Shown here one piece after another: positions 9,833 through 18,891 of a stretch of 57,715 nucleotides of DNA (position 1 is the stretch's first letter; every line of letters starts with the position of its first letter). Source of the DNA: Candidatus Omnitrophota bacterium (GTDB taxonomy: Bacteria; Omnitrophota; Gorgyraeia; JAHIPI01). The position numbers and the translations under genes were made by a program. The DNA is taken from the NCBI GenBank assembly GCA_016783745.1, contig JADHVZ010000008.1, positions 1 to 57,715 on the forward strand. Direction: 5' to 3'. The notes beneath the pieces are model-generated. The model saw only the letters and a list, made by a program, of their open reading frames with translations. It did no database searches and was not told where the DNA came from.

Positions 9833-10876
9833 ATGTCATATACAGTCAAACATATAGCGGAATTCATAGGCGGAGAGTTGAAAGGCGACGGCGGAATAAA
9901 GATAAGCGGCGTCTCAAGCGTTGACGACGCCAGAGAAGGTGAACTTATCTTTGTCGAAAGCCCGAAATATAAGGAAAAAGCGAAGGGAACCAGGGCGTCC
10001 TGCATCGTAGCTTCTTTTGACATCGAAGGTGTAGATAAACCTGTGATAAAATGCAAAAATCCGTCTTTGGCCATGACAAAAATTATTGATAAGATCTTTC
10101 CGCGCGCAGTGACCCATCCTGAAGGACTGCATTCAAGCGCTTTGATCGGCAAAGACGTGAAATTAGGCAGTGGTGTCTCCATAGGCGCGAATGCCGTAAT
10201 AGGCGACGGCGCTGCCATAGGGGACGGAAGTATTATATATCCTCTCGTGTATATAGGAAGCGGCGCGGTAATAGGAAAGAACTCCCTTATATATCCCAAT
10301 GTCACTATCCGCGAGGGCGTTTGCATAGGAGATAATGTTATCATACACAGCGCTTCGGTTATAGGCGCTGACGGGTTCGGCTACGTCAGGGACGGAGAAA
10401 GATTTGTTAAGATCCCTCAGATAGGTATTGTGGAGATCAAAGATGACGTTGAAATAGGGGCATGTGTGGCTATTGACAGGGCAAGGTTCGGCAAGACGGT
10501 TATAGGAAAAGGGACAAAAATAGATAACCTTGTTCAAATAGCGCATAATGTTAAAATAGGAGAAAATTGCATAGTCGTGGCCCAGGTCGGTATATCAGGC
10601 AGCGTCAATATAGGTAAAGGCGTTATGCTGGGGGGGCAAGCCGGTATAACTGACCATATTGAGATAGGAGACAACGCCATGGTGGCCGCCAAAAGCGGTA
10701 TCACGAAATCCGTTCCGCCAAGGACTATAATGAGCGGCATACCGGCAAGGCCGCATAATGTAAGCAAAAAATTAGTAGCCCACATCGATAATTTACCTAA
10801 AACCGCTGAAAGGCTTGATAGGCTTGAAAAGAAATTAGAAAAGCTTTTAGCAATTGATAATGAACTTAAACCCTGA
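9833..10876 (+). CDS. lpxD: UDP-3-O-acylglucosamine N-acyltransferase
   Basis: LpxD N-terminal domain plus hexapeptide repeats, including the IAHNV.IG motif. 347 aa. Confidence 0.93.
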   Translation: MSYTVKHIAEFIGGELKGDGGIKISGVSSVDDAREGELIFVESPKYKEKAKGTRASCIVASFDIEGVDKPVIKCKNPSLAMTKIIDKIFPRAVTHPEGLHSSALIGKDVKLGSGVSIGANAVIGDGAAIGDGSIIYPLVYIGSGAVIGKNSLIYPNVTIREGVCIGDNVIIHSASVIGADGFGYVRDGERFVKIPQIGIVEIKDDVEIGACVAIDRARFGKTVIGKGTKIDNLVQIAHNVKIGENCIVVAQVGISGSVNIGKGVMLGGQAGITDHIEIGDNAMVAAKSGITKSVPPRTIMSGIPARPHNVSKKLVAHIDNLPKTAERLDRLEKKLEKLLAIDNELKP

Positions 10877-10894
10877 CACCCTGACACCCTGACA
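10871..10894 (+). repeat. (CCCTGACA)x3 tandem octamer beginning in the lpxD stop codon
   Basis: Read directly. TGA at 10874, 10882 and 10890, one in each reading frame. Confidence 0.9.
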
Positions 10895-10900
10895 CTTAAT

Positions 10901-11767
10901 ATGAGATATCAAAGAACAATAAAAAACCCCGTCACACTAAAGGGCAAGGGCATTCATAGCGGTGATGATGTAACGCTAACGATAAAAAACGCGCCTGCAG
11001 ATACAGGCATAATTTTTTTCAGGAGCGACCTGAAGCAAAAACCGGCCATAGCTGCCAATGTGTCAAACCTGGCTGACTATTCCGGCGATCTCAGATGCAC
11101 GTCGCTAGAAAAGAACGGGACATCAATCAATACTATAGAGCACCTGATGGCCGCGCTCAGCAATCTGAACATCGATAATGCTGCCATTGAGATCGATAAT
11201 CAGGAATTGCCGGCGATGGACGGCGGCGCCCTGGATTACACACTTAATATCAAAAAAGCGGGGATCCTGGAGCAAGATAAGGAAAAAAAAGAATTTTATT
11301 TAAGGGAAGCGGTATGGTGCCGTGAGGGTGACGCGCTGCTTACGGCGGTCCCGAGTGAGAGCCTTAATATATCATATCTGCTTAAATACGACGGCTTATC
11401 ATATATGACACAGTGCGCGGATTTCTCATTCGCCTCGATCGAGGAGAGAGAAGAATTATTCACTAAAGAGATAGCTCCGGCCCGGACGTTTTGCCTGGAA
11501 AAGGAACTCGCGCACATACTGGAGAGGGGACTGGGTAAAGGCGGTGACTACAAGAATTCGCTGGTGCTGAACGCTCAGGATGGAAATCCCGTCGGAAATG
11601 AATTTAAGTTTATAAATGAACCTGCGCGTCACAAGGTGGTGGACCTGCTCGGAGACCTTGCTCTTCTCGGAGCGGATATAAAAGCGCACATCATAGGGAT
11701 AAGAAGCGGACATTCATTAAACAAGGAACTTTTAAAAAAGCTGGAAAAACGGTTACATGCGGAGTAG
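10901..11767 (+). CDS. lpxC: UDP-3-O-acyl-N-acetylglucosamine deacetylase
   Basis: G.G.HSG, TIEHL..AL and HK..DL.GD motifs. Confidence 0.93.
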   Translation: MRYQRTIKNPVTLKGKGIHSGDDVTLTIKNAPADTGIIFFRSDLKQKPAIAANVSNLADYSGDLRCTSLEKNGTSINTIEHLMAALSNLNIDNAAIEIDNQELPAMDGGALDYTLNIKKAGILEQDKEKKEFYLREAVWCREGDALLTAVPSESLNISYLLKYDGLSYMTQCADFSFASIEEREELFTKEIAPARTFCLEKELAHILERGLGKGGDYKNSLVLNAQDGNPVGNEFKFINEPARHKVVDLLGDLALLGADIKAHIIGIRSGHSLNKELLKKLEKRLHAE

Positions 11768-11769
11768 TC

Positions 11770-12249
11770 ATGGAAAGAGACGCCAGGCTTAGGGCAGGCG
11801 AAGTCGTAAAATCCGGGGACGGGACTCTTAGTTTGGAGGATATAAAGAGAATATTACCGCACAGAGATCCGTTCTTATTTGTTGACAAGGTCATCGAGAC
11901 CGGGGTAGATAAAAGAATAGTAGGCATAAAGAAAATAACGGGTGAGGAATATTTTTTTAAAGGCCATTTTCCGGGCAGGCCGATATTGCCGGGCGTAATA
12001 ATGATAGAAGCAATGGCGCAGCTTAGCGGCATACTTCTGCTGAATAAAGAGGAGTGTCTGGAGCGGGGCGCTTATTTTATAGGCGTAAATAATGTGAGAT
12101 TCAGAAAGGCCATAATACCGGGTGATGAATTGAGATTAGAAGCGGAGATCGTCAAGATGAGGACCCGCTTAACTAAGGTGCACAGCGCTGTAAAACTCGG
12201 GGACGAGGTAATCTGTGAAGCCGATTTCATGTTCGGCTTCGGTTCGTGA
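11770..12249 (+). CDS. fabZ: 3-hydroxyacyl-ACP dehydratase FabZ
   Basis: LPHR.PFLFVD...HFPG.PI.PGV...EA.AQ motif. Confidence 0.93.
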   Translation: MERDARLRAGEVVKSGDGTLSLEDIKRILPHRDPFLFVDKVIETGVDKRIVGIKKITGEEYFFKGHFPGRPILPGVIMIEAMAQLSGILLLNKEECLERGAYFIGVNNVRFRKAIIPGDELRLEAEIVKMRTRLTKVHSAVKLGDEVICEADFMFGFGS

Positions 12250-12256
12250 CATAGAT

Positions 12257-13069
12257 ATGGGAAAAGTCGAGAGGATCGGACTATTGGCCGGCGGCGGCGA
12301 GCTTCCGGTTATTTTCGCGGATGAAGCCAGAAAAAAAGGCGCTAAAGTAGTCGCGTTCGCGGCACGCGATATAACCTCCCGCGAGCTTGACGCCCATGTA
12401 GATAAAATATACTGGATAGACTTACGGGAGACAAAAAAGCTCCCGTTATTATTTTTGACTAACAGGATAAAGAACCTGGTCATGATAGGGAAAATAGAAA
12501 AAAGTGTTCTTTTTAACAAGGATCTCTCGGAAAGCGGGGAGATAGGCTCTTTACTTAAGGATACCGAGAACAGGACGGACGATTCGCTCATGAGAAAGGT
12601 ATCCCAGATCGCAGGGCGCTTTGGCGTAAAATTCCTGGACCCTGCGGATTTCCTTTCTGATTTCATGCCGGAAAAAGGCACGTTGACCGAAAGAAGCCCC
12701 ACGCCTCAGGAGTGGGATGACATAGAGTTCGGCAGGGATATGGCCAGGTCTTTAGGAAAACTGGATATAGGGCAGACTGTCGTGATCCGCGATAAGGCTG
12801 TCCTTGCCGTAGAAGCGATCGAAGGGACTGATGAAGCGATAAAACGCGGAGGCAGGTATTCAGGCGCCGGCGCGGTAGTAGTAAAGATGATAAAGCCCGG
12901 GCAGGATACGCGCTTTGATATTCCGACCGTAGGAAAAAAGACGATAGATTCTATGGTAGAATCTAACGCGAATGTGCTTGCGATCGAAGCTGAAAAGACA
13001 TTTTTTATCAACAAAGAAGAATCGATCAAAAAAGCTAACGAGCACAATATCGCTATAGTCGCTATATAG
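12257..13069 (+). CDS. lpxI: UDP-2,3-diacylglucosamine pyrophosphatase LpxI (DUF1009 family)
   Basis: GLLAGGGELP N-terminus, DIGQTVV...AVEA.EGTD, and K..Q..RFD.PT.G. Start moved to the ATG at 12257, downstream of the fabZ stop. Confidence 0.75.
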   Translation: MGKVERIGLLAGGGELPVIFADEARKKGAKVVAFAARDITSRELDAHVDKIYWIDLRETKKLPLLFLTNRIKNLVMIGKIEKSVLFNKDLSESGEIGSLLKDTENRTDDSLMRKVSQIAGRFGVKFLDPADFLSDFMPEKGTLTERSPTPQEWDDIEFGRDMARSLGKLDIGQTVVIRDKAVLAVEAIEGTDEAIKRGGRYSGAGAVVVKMIKPGQDTRFDIPTVGKKTIDSMVESNANVLAIEAEKTFFINKEESIKKANEHNIAIVAI

Positions 13070-13070
13070 T

Positions 13071-13844
13071 ATGATGAAAGAGATAAACATGGATCCCATA
13101 GTGAAAGATCTGACGGGTTTCATAAAGAAGGCCGTGCATGGCGCCGGCTTCAAAAGGGTCATACTGGGGCTTTCGGGCGGGGTAGATTCGGCTACTGTGG
13201 CGCATCTCTCGAAAGAAGCTCTCGGTTCGGAAAATGTTGTCGCTGTCCTTATGCCTTACGGTGATATAGATCCGAAGAGCATTGAATGCGCGGATCTGGT
13301 GATCGATGCCCTGAAAATAAAAAAATACAAAGTTGACATAGCGCCCATGGTGGATGCCTATTTTAAGAATTTTCCGGATGCGGATGAGCTGAGACGCGGA
13401 AACAAGATGGCCCGCGAACGCATGGCCGTCCTGTATGATCTGTCCAAGAAAGAGAGCGCGTTAGTCATAGGATCCGGCAACAGGACAGAAGGGCTTTTAG
13501 GCTACTGTACTTTATATGGTGATAGCGCGTGGGCACTGAACCCGCTTGCCTGTTTGTATAAAACCCGGGTATATATGCTAGCCCGGCATCTGGGCGTTCC
13601 CGAGCCTGTTATAAAGAGGAGGCCGACAGCGGGCCTGTGGAGCGGACAGGCCGATGAAGATGAGCTTGGTTATAGTTATAGTGATATCGACAGGCTTTTA
13701 CCGCTTATGGTAGATGAGGGATTTTCCGACGAAAAGCTTCAGCGGGAAGGCTTCGATAAAAAATTTATAAGTGACATAAAAGACCGCATAAAGAAATCGG
13801 AATTTAAAAGGAAACCTGCGCTAATACCGGGAGATGTATCATGA
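13071..13844 (+). CDS. nadE: NH3-dependent NAD+ synthetase (single-domain NadE)
   Basis: PP-loop SGG.DS motif. 257 aa with no glutaminase domain. Confidence 0.9.
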   Translation: MMKEINMDPIVKDLTGFIKKAVHGAGFKRVILGLSGGVDSATVAHLSKEALGSENVVAVLMPYGDIDPKSIECADLVIDALKIKKYKVDIAPMVDAYFKNFPDADELRRGNKMARERMAVLYDLSKKESALVIGSGNRTEGLLGYCTLYGDSAWALNPLACLYKTRVYMLARHLGVPEPVIKRRPTAGLWSGQADEDELGYSYSDIDRLLPLMVDEGFSDEKLQREGFDKKFISDIKDRIKKSEFKRKPALIPGDVS

Positions 13845-15163
13845 AGACAAACAAGGAAGTCCTTGCTTATGTAAAGAGAAAGAAGATCGCGAATATCCAG
13901 CTCTGGTTTACGGATATTCTGGGTAACCTTAAATGCTGCGTGATAACCGATAGCGAGCTGAAGGCCACCCTTGACCACGGAAAAGGCTTTGACGGGTCAA
14001 GCGTTACCGGATACGCGGAAGCTGAGGAAAGCGATATTCTTGCGAAACCAGATATAAGTACATTTAAACTTGTACCCTGGGAGGGCAAAAAGGAACCCGT
14101 GGCAAGGATGTTCTGCGATGTGCTTACCCCTGAGGGAGAGCCGTACGCCGGCTGCCCGAGGTATGCCCTGAAAAGAAATCTGGCAAGGGCAAAAAAGATG
14201 GGTTTCACTTTCTACGTAGGCCCGGAGCTCGAATATTTTTATTTTAAGAGAAAAGATAAACCGGAGATACTCGATGAAGGAAGCTATTTTGACCTGGTGC
14301 CCAATGATGTCGCAAACGGCCTGCGGAAAGAGACCGTAAAGATGCTTGAGGAAATGGACATATGCGTTGAGACAAGCCATCATGAAGTCGCCCGTTCCCA
14401 GCACGAGATAGATCTGAAATATTCGGAAGCCCTGGAAATGGCCGATACTGTCATGACTTACAAGATGATAGTAAAAGAGGTGGCCCAGCAGCATGGTTAT
14501 CATGCCTCGTTTATGCCTAAGCCGCTTTTCGGAGAGAACGGAAGCGGGATGCATACACATCAGTCACTCTTTAGGGGGAAAAGAAACGCCTTTTTTGACA
14601 AGAAGGATAGATATAACCTGTCAAGGACAGCGAAGCAGTTTATAGCGGGACAGCTTAAGTATGCCAGAGAGTTTTGCTCTTTAACAGCCCAGTGGGTAAA
14701 TTCCTATAAGAGGCTTGTGCCGGGTTATGAGGCGCCTGTATATATTTCCTGGGCCAGAAAGAATAGGACCGCTCTGATAAGGGTACCGGTTTACAGGCCC
14801 GGTAATGAGCAGGCGACCAGGGCTGAACTTAGATCTCCGGATCCAGCCTGCAATCCATATCTCGCCTTTAGCGTCATGTTGGCAGCAGGGTTAGAGGGGG
14901 TCGAGAATAAATACAAATTGCCTGATTCTATCGAGCCGAATATATATAAGATGGAGATGGAGGAACGCGAAAGAAAAGGCCTTAAAGCGCTTCCGGTCAA
15001 CCTGTTTGAGGCTATTAAAGAGACAGAGAAAAGCAAACTGGTGAAAGATGCGCTGGGTGACCATATATTCACAAGGTTCCTCCACAACAAGCTAAAGGAA
15101 TGGGACGAGCACCGGATCCAGGTGACTTCCCATGAGATCAAGAAGTATTTGCCGATCTTATAG
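13841..15163 (+). CDS. glnA: Glutamine synthetase, type I (short form, 440 aa)
   Basis: GS beta-grasp and catalytic motifs (GSGMH.H.S, NPY). The start overlaps the nadE stop (ATGA). Confidence 0.93.
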   Translation: MKTNKEVLAYVKRKKIANIQLWFTDILGNLKCCVITDSELKATLDHGKGFDGSSVTGYAEAEESDILAKPDISTFKLVPWEGKKEPVARMFCDVLTPEGEPYAGCPRYALKRNLARAKKMGFTFYVGPELEYFYFKRKDKPEILDEGSYFDLVPNDVANGLRKETVKMLEEMDICVETSHHEVARSQHEIDLKYSEALEMADTVMTYKMIVKEVAQQHGYHASFMPKPLFGENGSGMHTHQSLFRGKRNAFFDKKDRYNLSRTAKQFIAGQLKYAREFCSLTAQWVNSYKRLVPGYEAPVYISWARKNRTALIRVPVYRPGNEQATRAELRSPDPACNPYLAFSVMLAAGLEGVENKYKLPDSIEPNIYKMEMEERERKGLKALPVNLFEAIKETEKSKLVKDALGDHIFTRFLHNKLKEWDEHRIQVTSHEIKKYLPIL

Positions 15164-15184
15164 CGTATAGCGTATAGCGTATAG
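15161..15184 (+). repeat. (TAGCGTA)x3 plus TAG tandem heptamer beginning with the glnA stop codon
   Basis: Read directly. TAG at 15161, 15168, 15175 and 15182, covering all three frames. Confidence 0.9.
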
Positions 15185-15188
15185 ATTT

Positions 15189-16709
15189 ATGGATAAAGCC
15201 ATAAAGATCCTTTGTACCCTTGCCATTATATTTTTCTGCGTTCAGGCATTTTCCGATAATAAAGCGGACGTGGACCTGTGGGGGAATGTAGGATTTGTAA
15301 AAGCCCCTGTATGGGATCAGGATTTTCAGCGTGTAAATACATTTTCCTTTACTGAGCCTGACTACCCATGGTTCAATCATGAATGGCTGGGCCAGTATTT
15401 GCTTTATCTCACCTATGCCCATTCCGGCAATACGGGCTTGCTTCTCCTTAAACTGGCGCTGGGCCTTTGCGTTATGTATGTGCTTTATATCGCCATGAGA
15501 GGCGCTTGTAAGTCCGGTCCGGTAAAATTTTTATTGCTGCTGCTTATAATCTCAACGGCTGGTTACGGCTTTTCTACACGCCCTCATCTTTTTACTTATC
15601 TCTTTTACGCCTTGCTGCTTTTGTTTCTGCGGAGAAACAGGACTATTAAGCCGGGTCAGCTTATCCTGTTTCCGGTATTAGGCGTGATCTGGGTCAATCT
15701 CCACGGCGCTTTTTTTGCCGGCATCATACTTTTGGTCTTTTATCTGATCTTTGAAGCCCTGAAAAAGCTGTATCTAAAAGGGAAAGGGGCTTCATCGGGC
15801 ATTACCATGATCTCGATCGCTATCGTCTTGTTTACCGCGGCGACTTTGATAAATCCGTACGGCTTCAGGCTGTGGAATTTTATATTTTACTCGGCGGGAA
15901 TCGCGCGGCCTTTTTTGAGCGAATGGGCGCCCTTTACCAGAATGGCGTATTTTAACGAGCATATGGATTTTGTTATGCTTTGCGCCATTTCGATAATCGC
16001 GGTAGTGTTTTCAAATAGGCCAAAAGATCCGGCCTGGCTGGGTATTTTACTGGTTTTATTCGTATCCGCTATCATGATGCGCAGAAACATCCCGCTTTTT
16101 GCGATCACGGCCGCGTTTGTCATCCCGGAGCATCTGGAGGATGTAGCGGGCCCTCATCTGTACAGTATAGGAAGTAAGATCCCGCGCGCCGTTCCGATAA
16201 TATGCCTTTCGGTTTTTCTGATCATATCCGGGATCTATACTTTTACGTTTGAAAAAACGGATCCCGCCGAAATAGAGATACCGCAAAACCGTTTTCCCGT
16301 TGATGCTGTGAGATTTCTGAAGGCAAACGGTATATCGGGTAATGCCCTTATATTCTTTGACTGGGCTGAATATTGTATATGGAAGCTATATCCGGACTGC
16401 AGGGTATTTCTGGACGGACGGCTTTGTTCCGCTTACAGCGTAGGGACAGTTGACGATTATTTTGATTTCTTATATATGGGCAGGGATTGGGAGGATGCCT
16501 TGGATGATTATCCTACGGATATTGTTTTTATCCACAGGGCTAATCCGGTATATCTAAACATGCTCTCGCGCGCCGGCTGGTCACTTGCCTACGAAAATGA
16601 GATCTCAGGAATTTTTTTAAAGCAGGCTAAACATCCGGAATTTTTTGAAGCCGTGAGCAGGGGCGCTGTGGTGTACCCGGAGAGAAGACAATACGAGTAT
16701 TTTCCGTAA
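15189..16709 (+). CDS. Polytopic membrane protein with a soluble C-terminal domain; GT-C-like glycosyltransferase is a speculative guess
   Basis: About 10 or more hydrophobic segments, then a ~150-aa non-membrane tail. No family motif that I can name with certainty. Confidence 0.6.
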   Translation: MDKAIKILCTLAIIFFCVQAFSDNKADVDLWGNVGFVKAPVWDQDFQRVNTFSFTEPDYPWFNHEWLGQYLLYLTYAHSGNTGLLLLKLALGLCVMYVLYIAMRGACKSGPVKFLLLLLIISTAGYGFSTRPHLFTYLFYALLLLFLRRNRTIKPGQLILFPVLGVIWVNLHGAFFAGIILLVFYLIFEALKKLYLKGKGASSGITMISIAIVLFTAATLINPYGFRLWNFIFYSAGIARPFLSEWAPFTRMAYFNEHMDFVMLCAISIIAVVFSNRPKDPAWLGILLVLFVSAIMMRRNIPLFAITAAFVIPEHLEDVAGPHLYSIGSKIPRAVPIICLSVFLIISGIYTFTFEKTDPAEIEIPQNRFPVDAVRFLKANGISGNALIFFDWAEYCIWKLYPDCRVFLDGRLCSAYSVGTVDDYFDFLYMGRDWEDALDDYPTDIVFIHRANPVYLNMLSRAGWSLAYENEISGIFLKQAKHPEFFEAVSRGAVVYPERRQYEYFP

Positions 16710-16712
16710 ACG

Positions 16713-16735
16713 TAATTAGGGACGGAGCCTAATTA
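16713..16735. terminator. AT-rich hairpin TAATTAGG-N7-CCTAATTA between convergent genes
   Basis: Read directly. 8-bp stem, weak, with no clear U-tract. Confidence 0.35.
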
Positions 16736-16736
16736 A

Positions 16737-17879
16737 CTAATTAAGGGAATTCAGGACGGAGAGGGCGGCTCGGCGGGATGCGCCTTCTTTTCCCAGGGAT
16801 TCCTTAACACCGGCAAGCTCTTTTTTGATCCGGCTGCTTACGCCTTCCTCAAAAAGTATCTTCGAGGCCTCCCTTAAGACATTTCCGACGGTAAAATCAG
16901 ACTGGACCAGTTCCGGCACGATCTTTTTTCCGGCCAGGATATTGGCCAGCCCTATCATAGAGATCCTCATGAAAGCTCTCATCACTATAGCCGATATCGG
17001 TGAGACCTTGTAAGTTATGACCATAGGCACGTTCATTATGGCGCATTCCAGTGTTACCGTGCCCGAGGCGGCAATAGCCAGATCCGATGCCGCCAGATAG
17101 TCATAAAGATCATTGCCCGTATTTTCAACAAGTAAGCAGGGCGCTTTTAGAAGAGACAGACATTTTTCAAATATATTTTTATCCAGGGTTTGAGATCTGA
17201 CTACTATGAACTGGATGGACTTATTTTTTTCATAAAGTTTTTGCGAGGCCTTGACCATCGTGGGTAAGAGCGCCGAGACCTCCCGTTTACGGGAGCCCGG
17301 TAAGATGATGACTGTTTTTTTTGCGTTGTCCAGGCGTAATTTTTCTATTATCGCGCTTTTTGCGGCGGATGGTTTTGCCGTATCCAGAAGTGGGTGGCCT
17401 ACAAATTCGACAGGGACTCCGTTTCTTTTGTAAAGATCCTCTTCGAATTTGAAGAAGACCAGTATTTTTTCAACACAGTTTCTAATAGTCTCTATTCTGT
17501 CGCTGCCCCATACCCATACCTGAGGACTCACATAGTATATTACTTTTATCCCGCGCTTTTTTAATTCCTTAGCCATGCGGAGATTAAAGCCGGGATAGTC
17601 GATGAGTATCACAAGATCCGCTTTTTCCTCTTCGACTTTAGCGATGAAAGAAAAGAATATTTCTTTTATCTTCCAAAAATGCTTTAGTATATCCTGAAGT
17701 CCTATGATGGCGAGTTCGTCCGTTCTATGGAAGAGCGATACGCCGGCAGAGGCCATATTGGCGCCGCCAATACCCGAGAGGGAAATATCAGGATCCGCTT
17801 TTTTTATTTCGGCGGCGAGTGAGGAGGCGTGAAGATCGCCTGATGGCTCTCCCGCCACCAAGAAGATCTTTTTACTCAT
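16737..17879 (-). CDS. lpxB: Lipid-A-disaccharide synthase
   Basis: GEPSGD N-terminus and overall LpxB GT-B layout. 380 aa. Confidence 0.92.
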   Translation of the reverse strand: MSKKIFLVAGEPSGDLHASSLAAEIKKADPDISLSGIGGANMASAGVSLFHRTDELAIIGLQDILKHFWKIKEIFFSFIAKVEEEKADLVILIDYPGFNLRMAKELKKRGIKVIYYVSPQVWVWGSDRIETIRNCVEKILVFFKFEEDLYKRNGVPVEFVGHPLLDTAKPSAAKSAIIEKLRLDNAKKTVIILPGSRKREVSALLPTMVKASQKLYEKNKSIQFIVVRSQTLDKNIFEKCLSLLKAPCLLVENTGNDLYDYLAASDLAIAASGTVTLECAIMNVPMVITYKVSPISAIVMRAFMRISMIGLANILAGKKIVPELVQSDFTVGNVLREASKILFEEGVSSRIKKELAGVKESLGKEGASRRAALSVLNSLN

Positions 17880-18798
17880 TTAACTTTGCCTTTATCTGTT
17901 TGGTAATGTCAATAGCGACGCTCAGGGCCTCACGGGCCTCTTCTCCCGATACAATAGGCCTTTTGTTGTTTAAGACACAGTCAGCGAAACTCTGGAGCTC
18001 TCTTTTGAGGGGCTCTTCTTTTTTGATATTTATTTTTTTCTTCTTCAGGCGGTTAAGCTTTTTCTTATAAAGGATCGCGGATTCGGTAAGGTAATTCAGA
18101 TTTATAAATGAATCCTCCTGGGATATTTTGATAGTCCTCTGTGATTTTTTAGTAACGCGGCTTGCGGTGAGGTCGCATATAGTCTTGTTGGCGAAAGTCA
18201 TCCTTACATTCGCCGTATCCTCATGATCGGAGACTATCTTAACACCTACAGCCTCTATGTTAATCACATGGCTTTTGATCAAGCTCAGTATTATATCGAT
18301 ATCATGTATCATCAGATCGAGGACCACACCTATGTCAGCCGCCCTCTGAACAAAAGGCCCGAGCCTGTTACATTCTATAAAGCGAGGCTCCTTTATGAAA
18401 GGTTCAATAGCTATAACGGCGGAGTTGAAGCGCTCAATATGCCCCACTTGTATTATAAGGTTTTTCTTTTTCGCGAGCGCGAGCAGTTCATCGGCTTCCT
18501 CAATGGTCTTGGTTATCGGCTTCTCGATAAGGACATGGATGCCATGATCAAGAAAATCCTTGGCTATTTTATAGTGCAGGAACGTGGGAACAGCTATGCT
18601 TACCGCTTCCACCTTATCGAACAGATCGCGGTACTCAGAGTAGTATTTGGTGTGGTACTTATGAGCCGTTCTTTTTCCTCTCTCTTCGTTCGTATCCGAG
18701 ACCCCGACAAGGCTTGCGCTCCTGAGGCTGGAATATACCTTGGCGTGCTTCGACCCCAGGTGCCCTACCCCTATTACTGCCGTGTAAAGCTTTTCCAT
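17872..18798 (-). CDS. Gfo/Idh/MocA-family NAD(P)-dependent oxidoreductase, overlapping the lpxB start by 8 nt
   Basis: N-terminal Rossmann GVGHLG and an EKP motif. 308 aa. Confidence 0.85.
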   Translation of the reverse strand: MEKLYTAVIGVGHLGSKHAKVYSSLRSASLVGVSDTNEERGKRTAHKYHTKYYSEYRDLFDKVEAVSIAVPTFLHYKIAKDFLDHGIHVLIEKPITKTIEEADELLALAKKKNLIIQVGHIERFNSAVIAIEPFIKEPRFIECNRLGPFVQRAADIGVVLDLMIHDIDIILSLIKSHVINIEAVGVKIVSDHEDTANVRMTFANKTICDLTASRVTKKSQRTIKISQEDSFINLNYLTESAILYKKKLNRLKKKKINIKKEEPLKRELQSFADCVLNNKRPIVSGEEAREALSVAIDITKQIKAKLNE

Positions 18799-18891
18799 TT
18801 ATGCTCCTTGTAGTAGTAAATTAATAAAATTATATCACTAAAAGGCCCTATTCGCAACAATAAAAAATACGCTTGTTATGGACGGGGAAAT

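Noticed and set aside
9790-10887. Minus-strand ORFs of 184, 127 and 117 aa inside lpxD
   Set aside because: The hexapeptide-repeat coding sequence typically generates long antisense ORFs. lpxD on the plus strand is clear.
10871-15184. Short tandem repeats as possible CRISPR arrays
   Set aside because: The units are 7-10 nt with no spacers and only 3-4 copies. No cas genes are present.
16528-16536. Perfect DnaA-box-like TTATCCACA
   Set aside because: It is a single copy inside a coding region with no cluster or AT-rich unwinding element, so it is not an origin.
18223-18813. 196-aa plus-strand ORF
   Set aside because: It is fully antisense to the Gfo/Idh/MocA oxidoreductase gene, which has the Rossmann motif.
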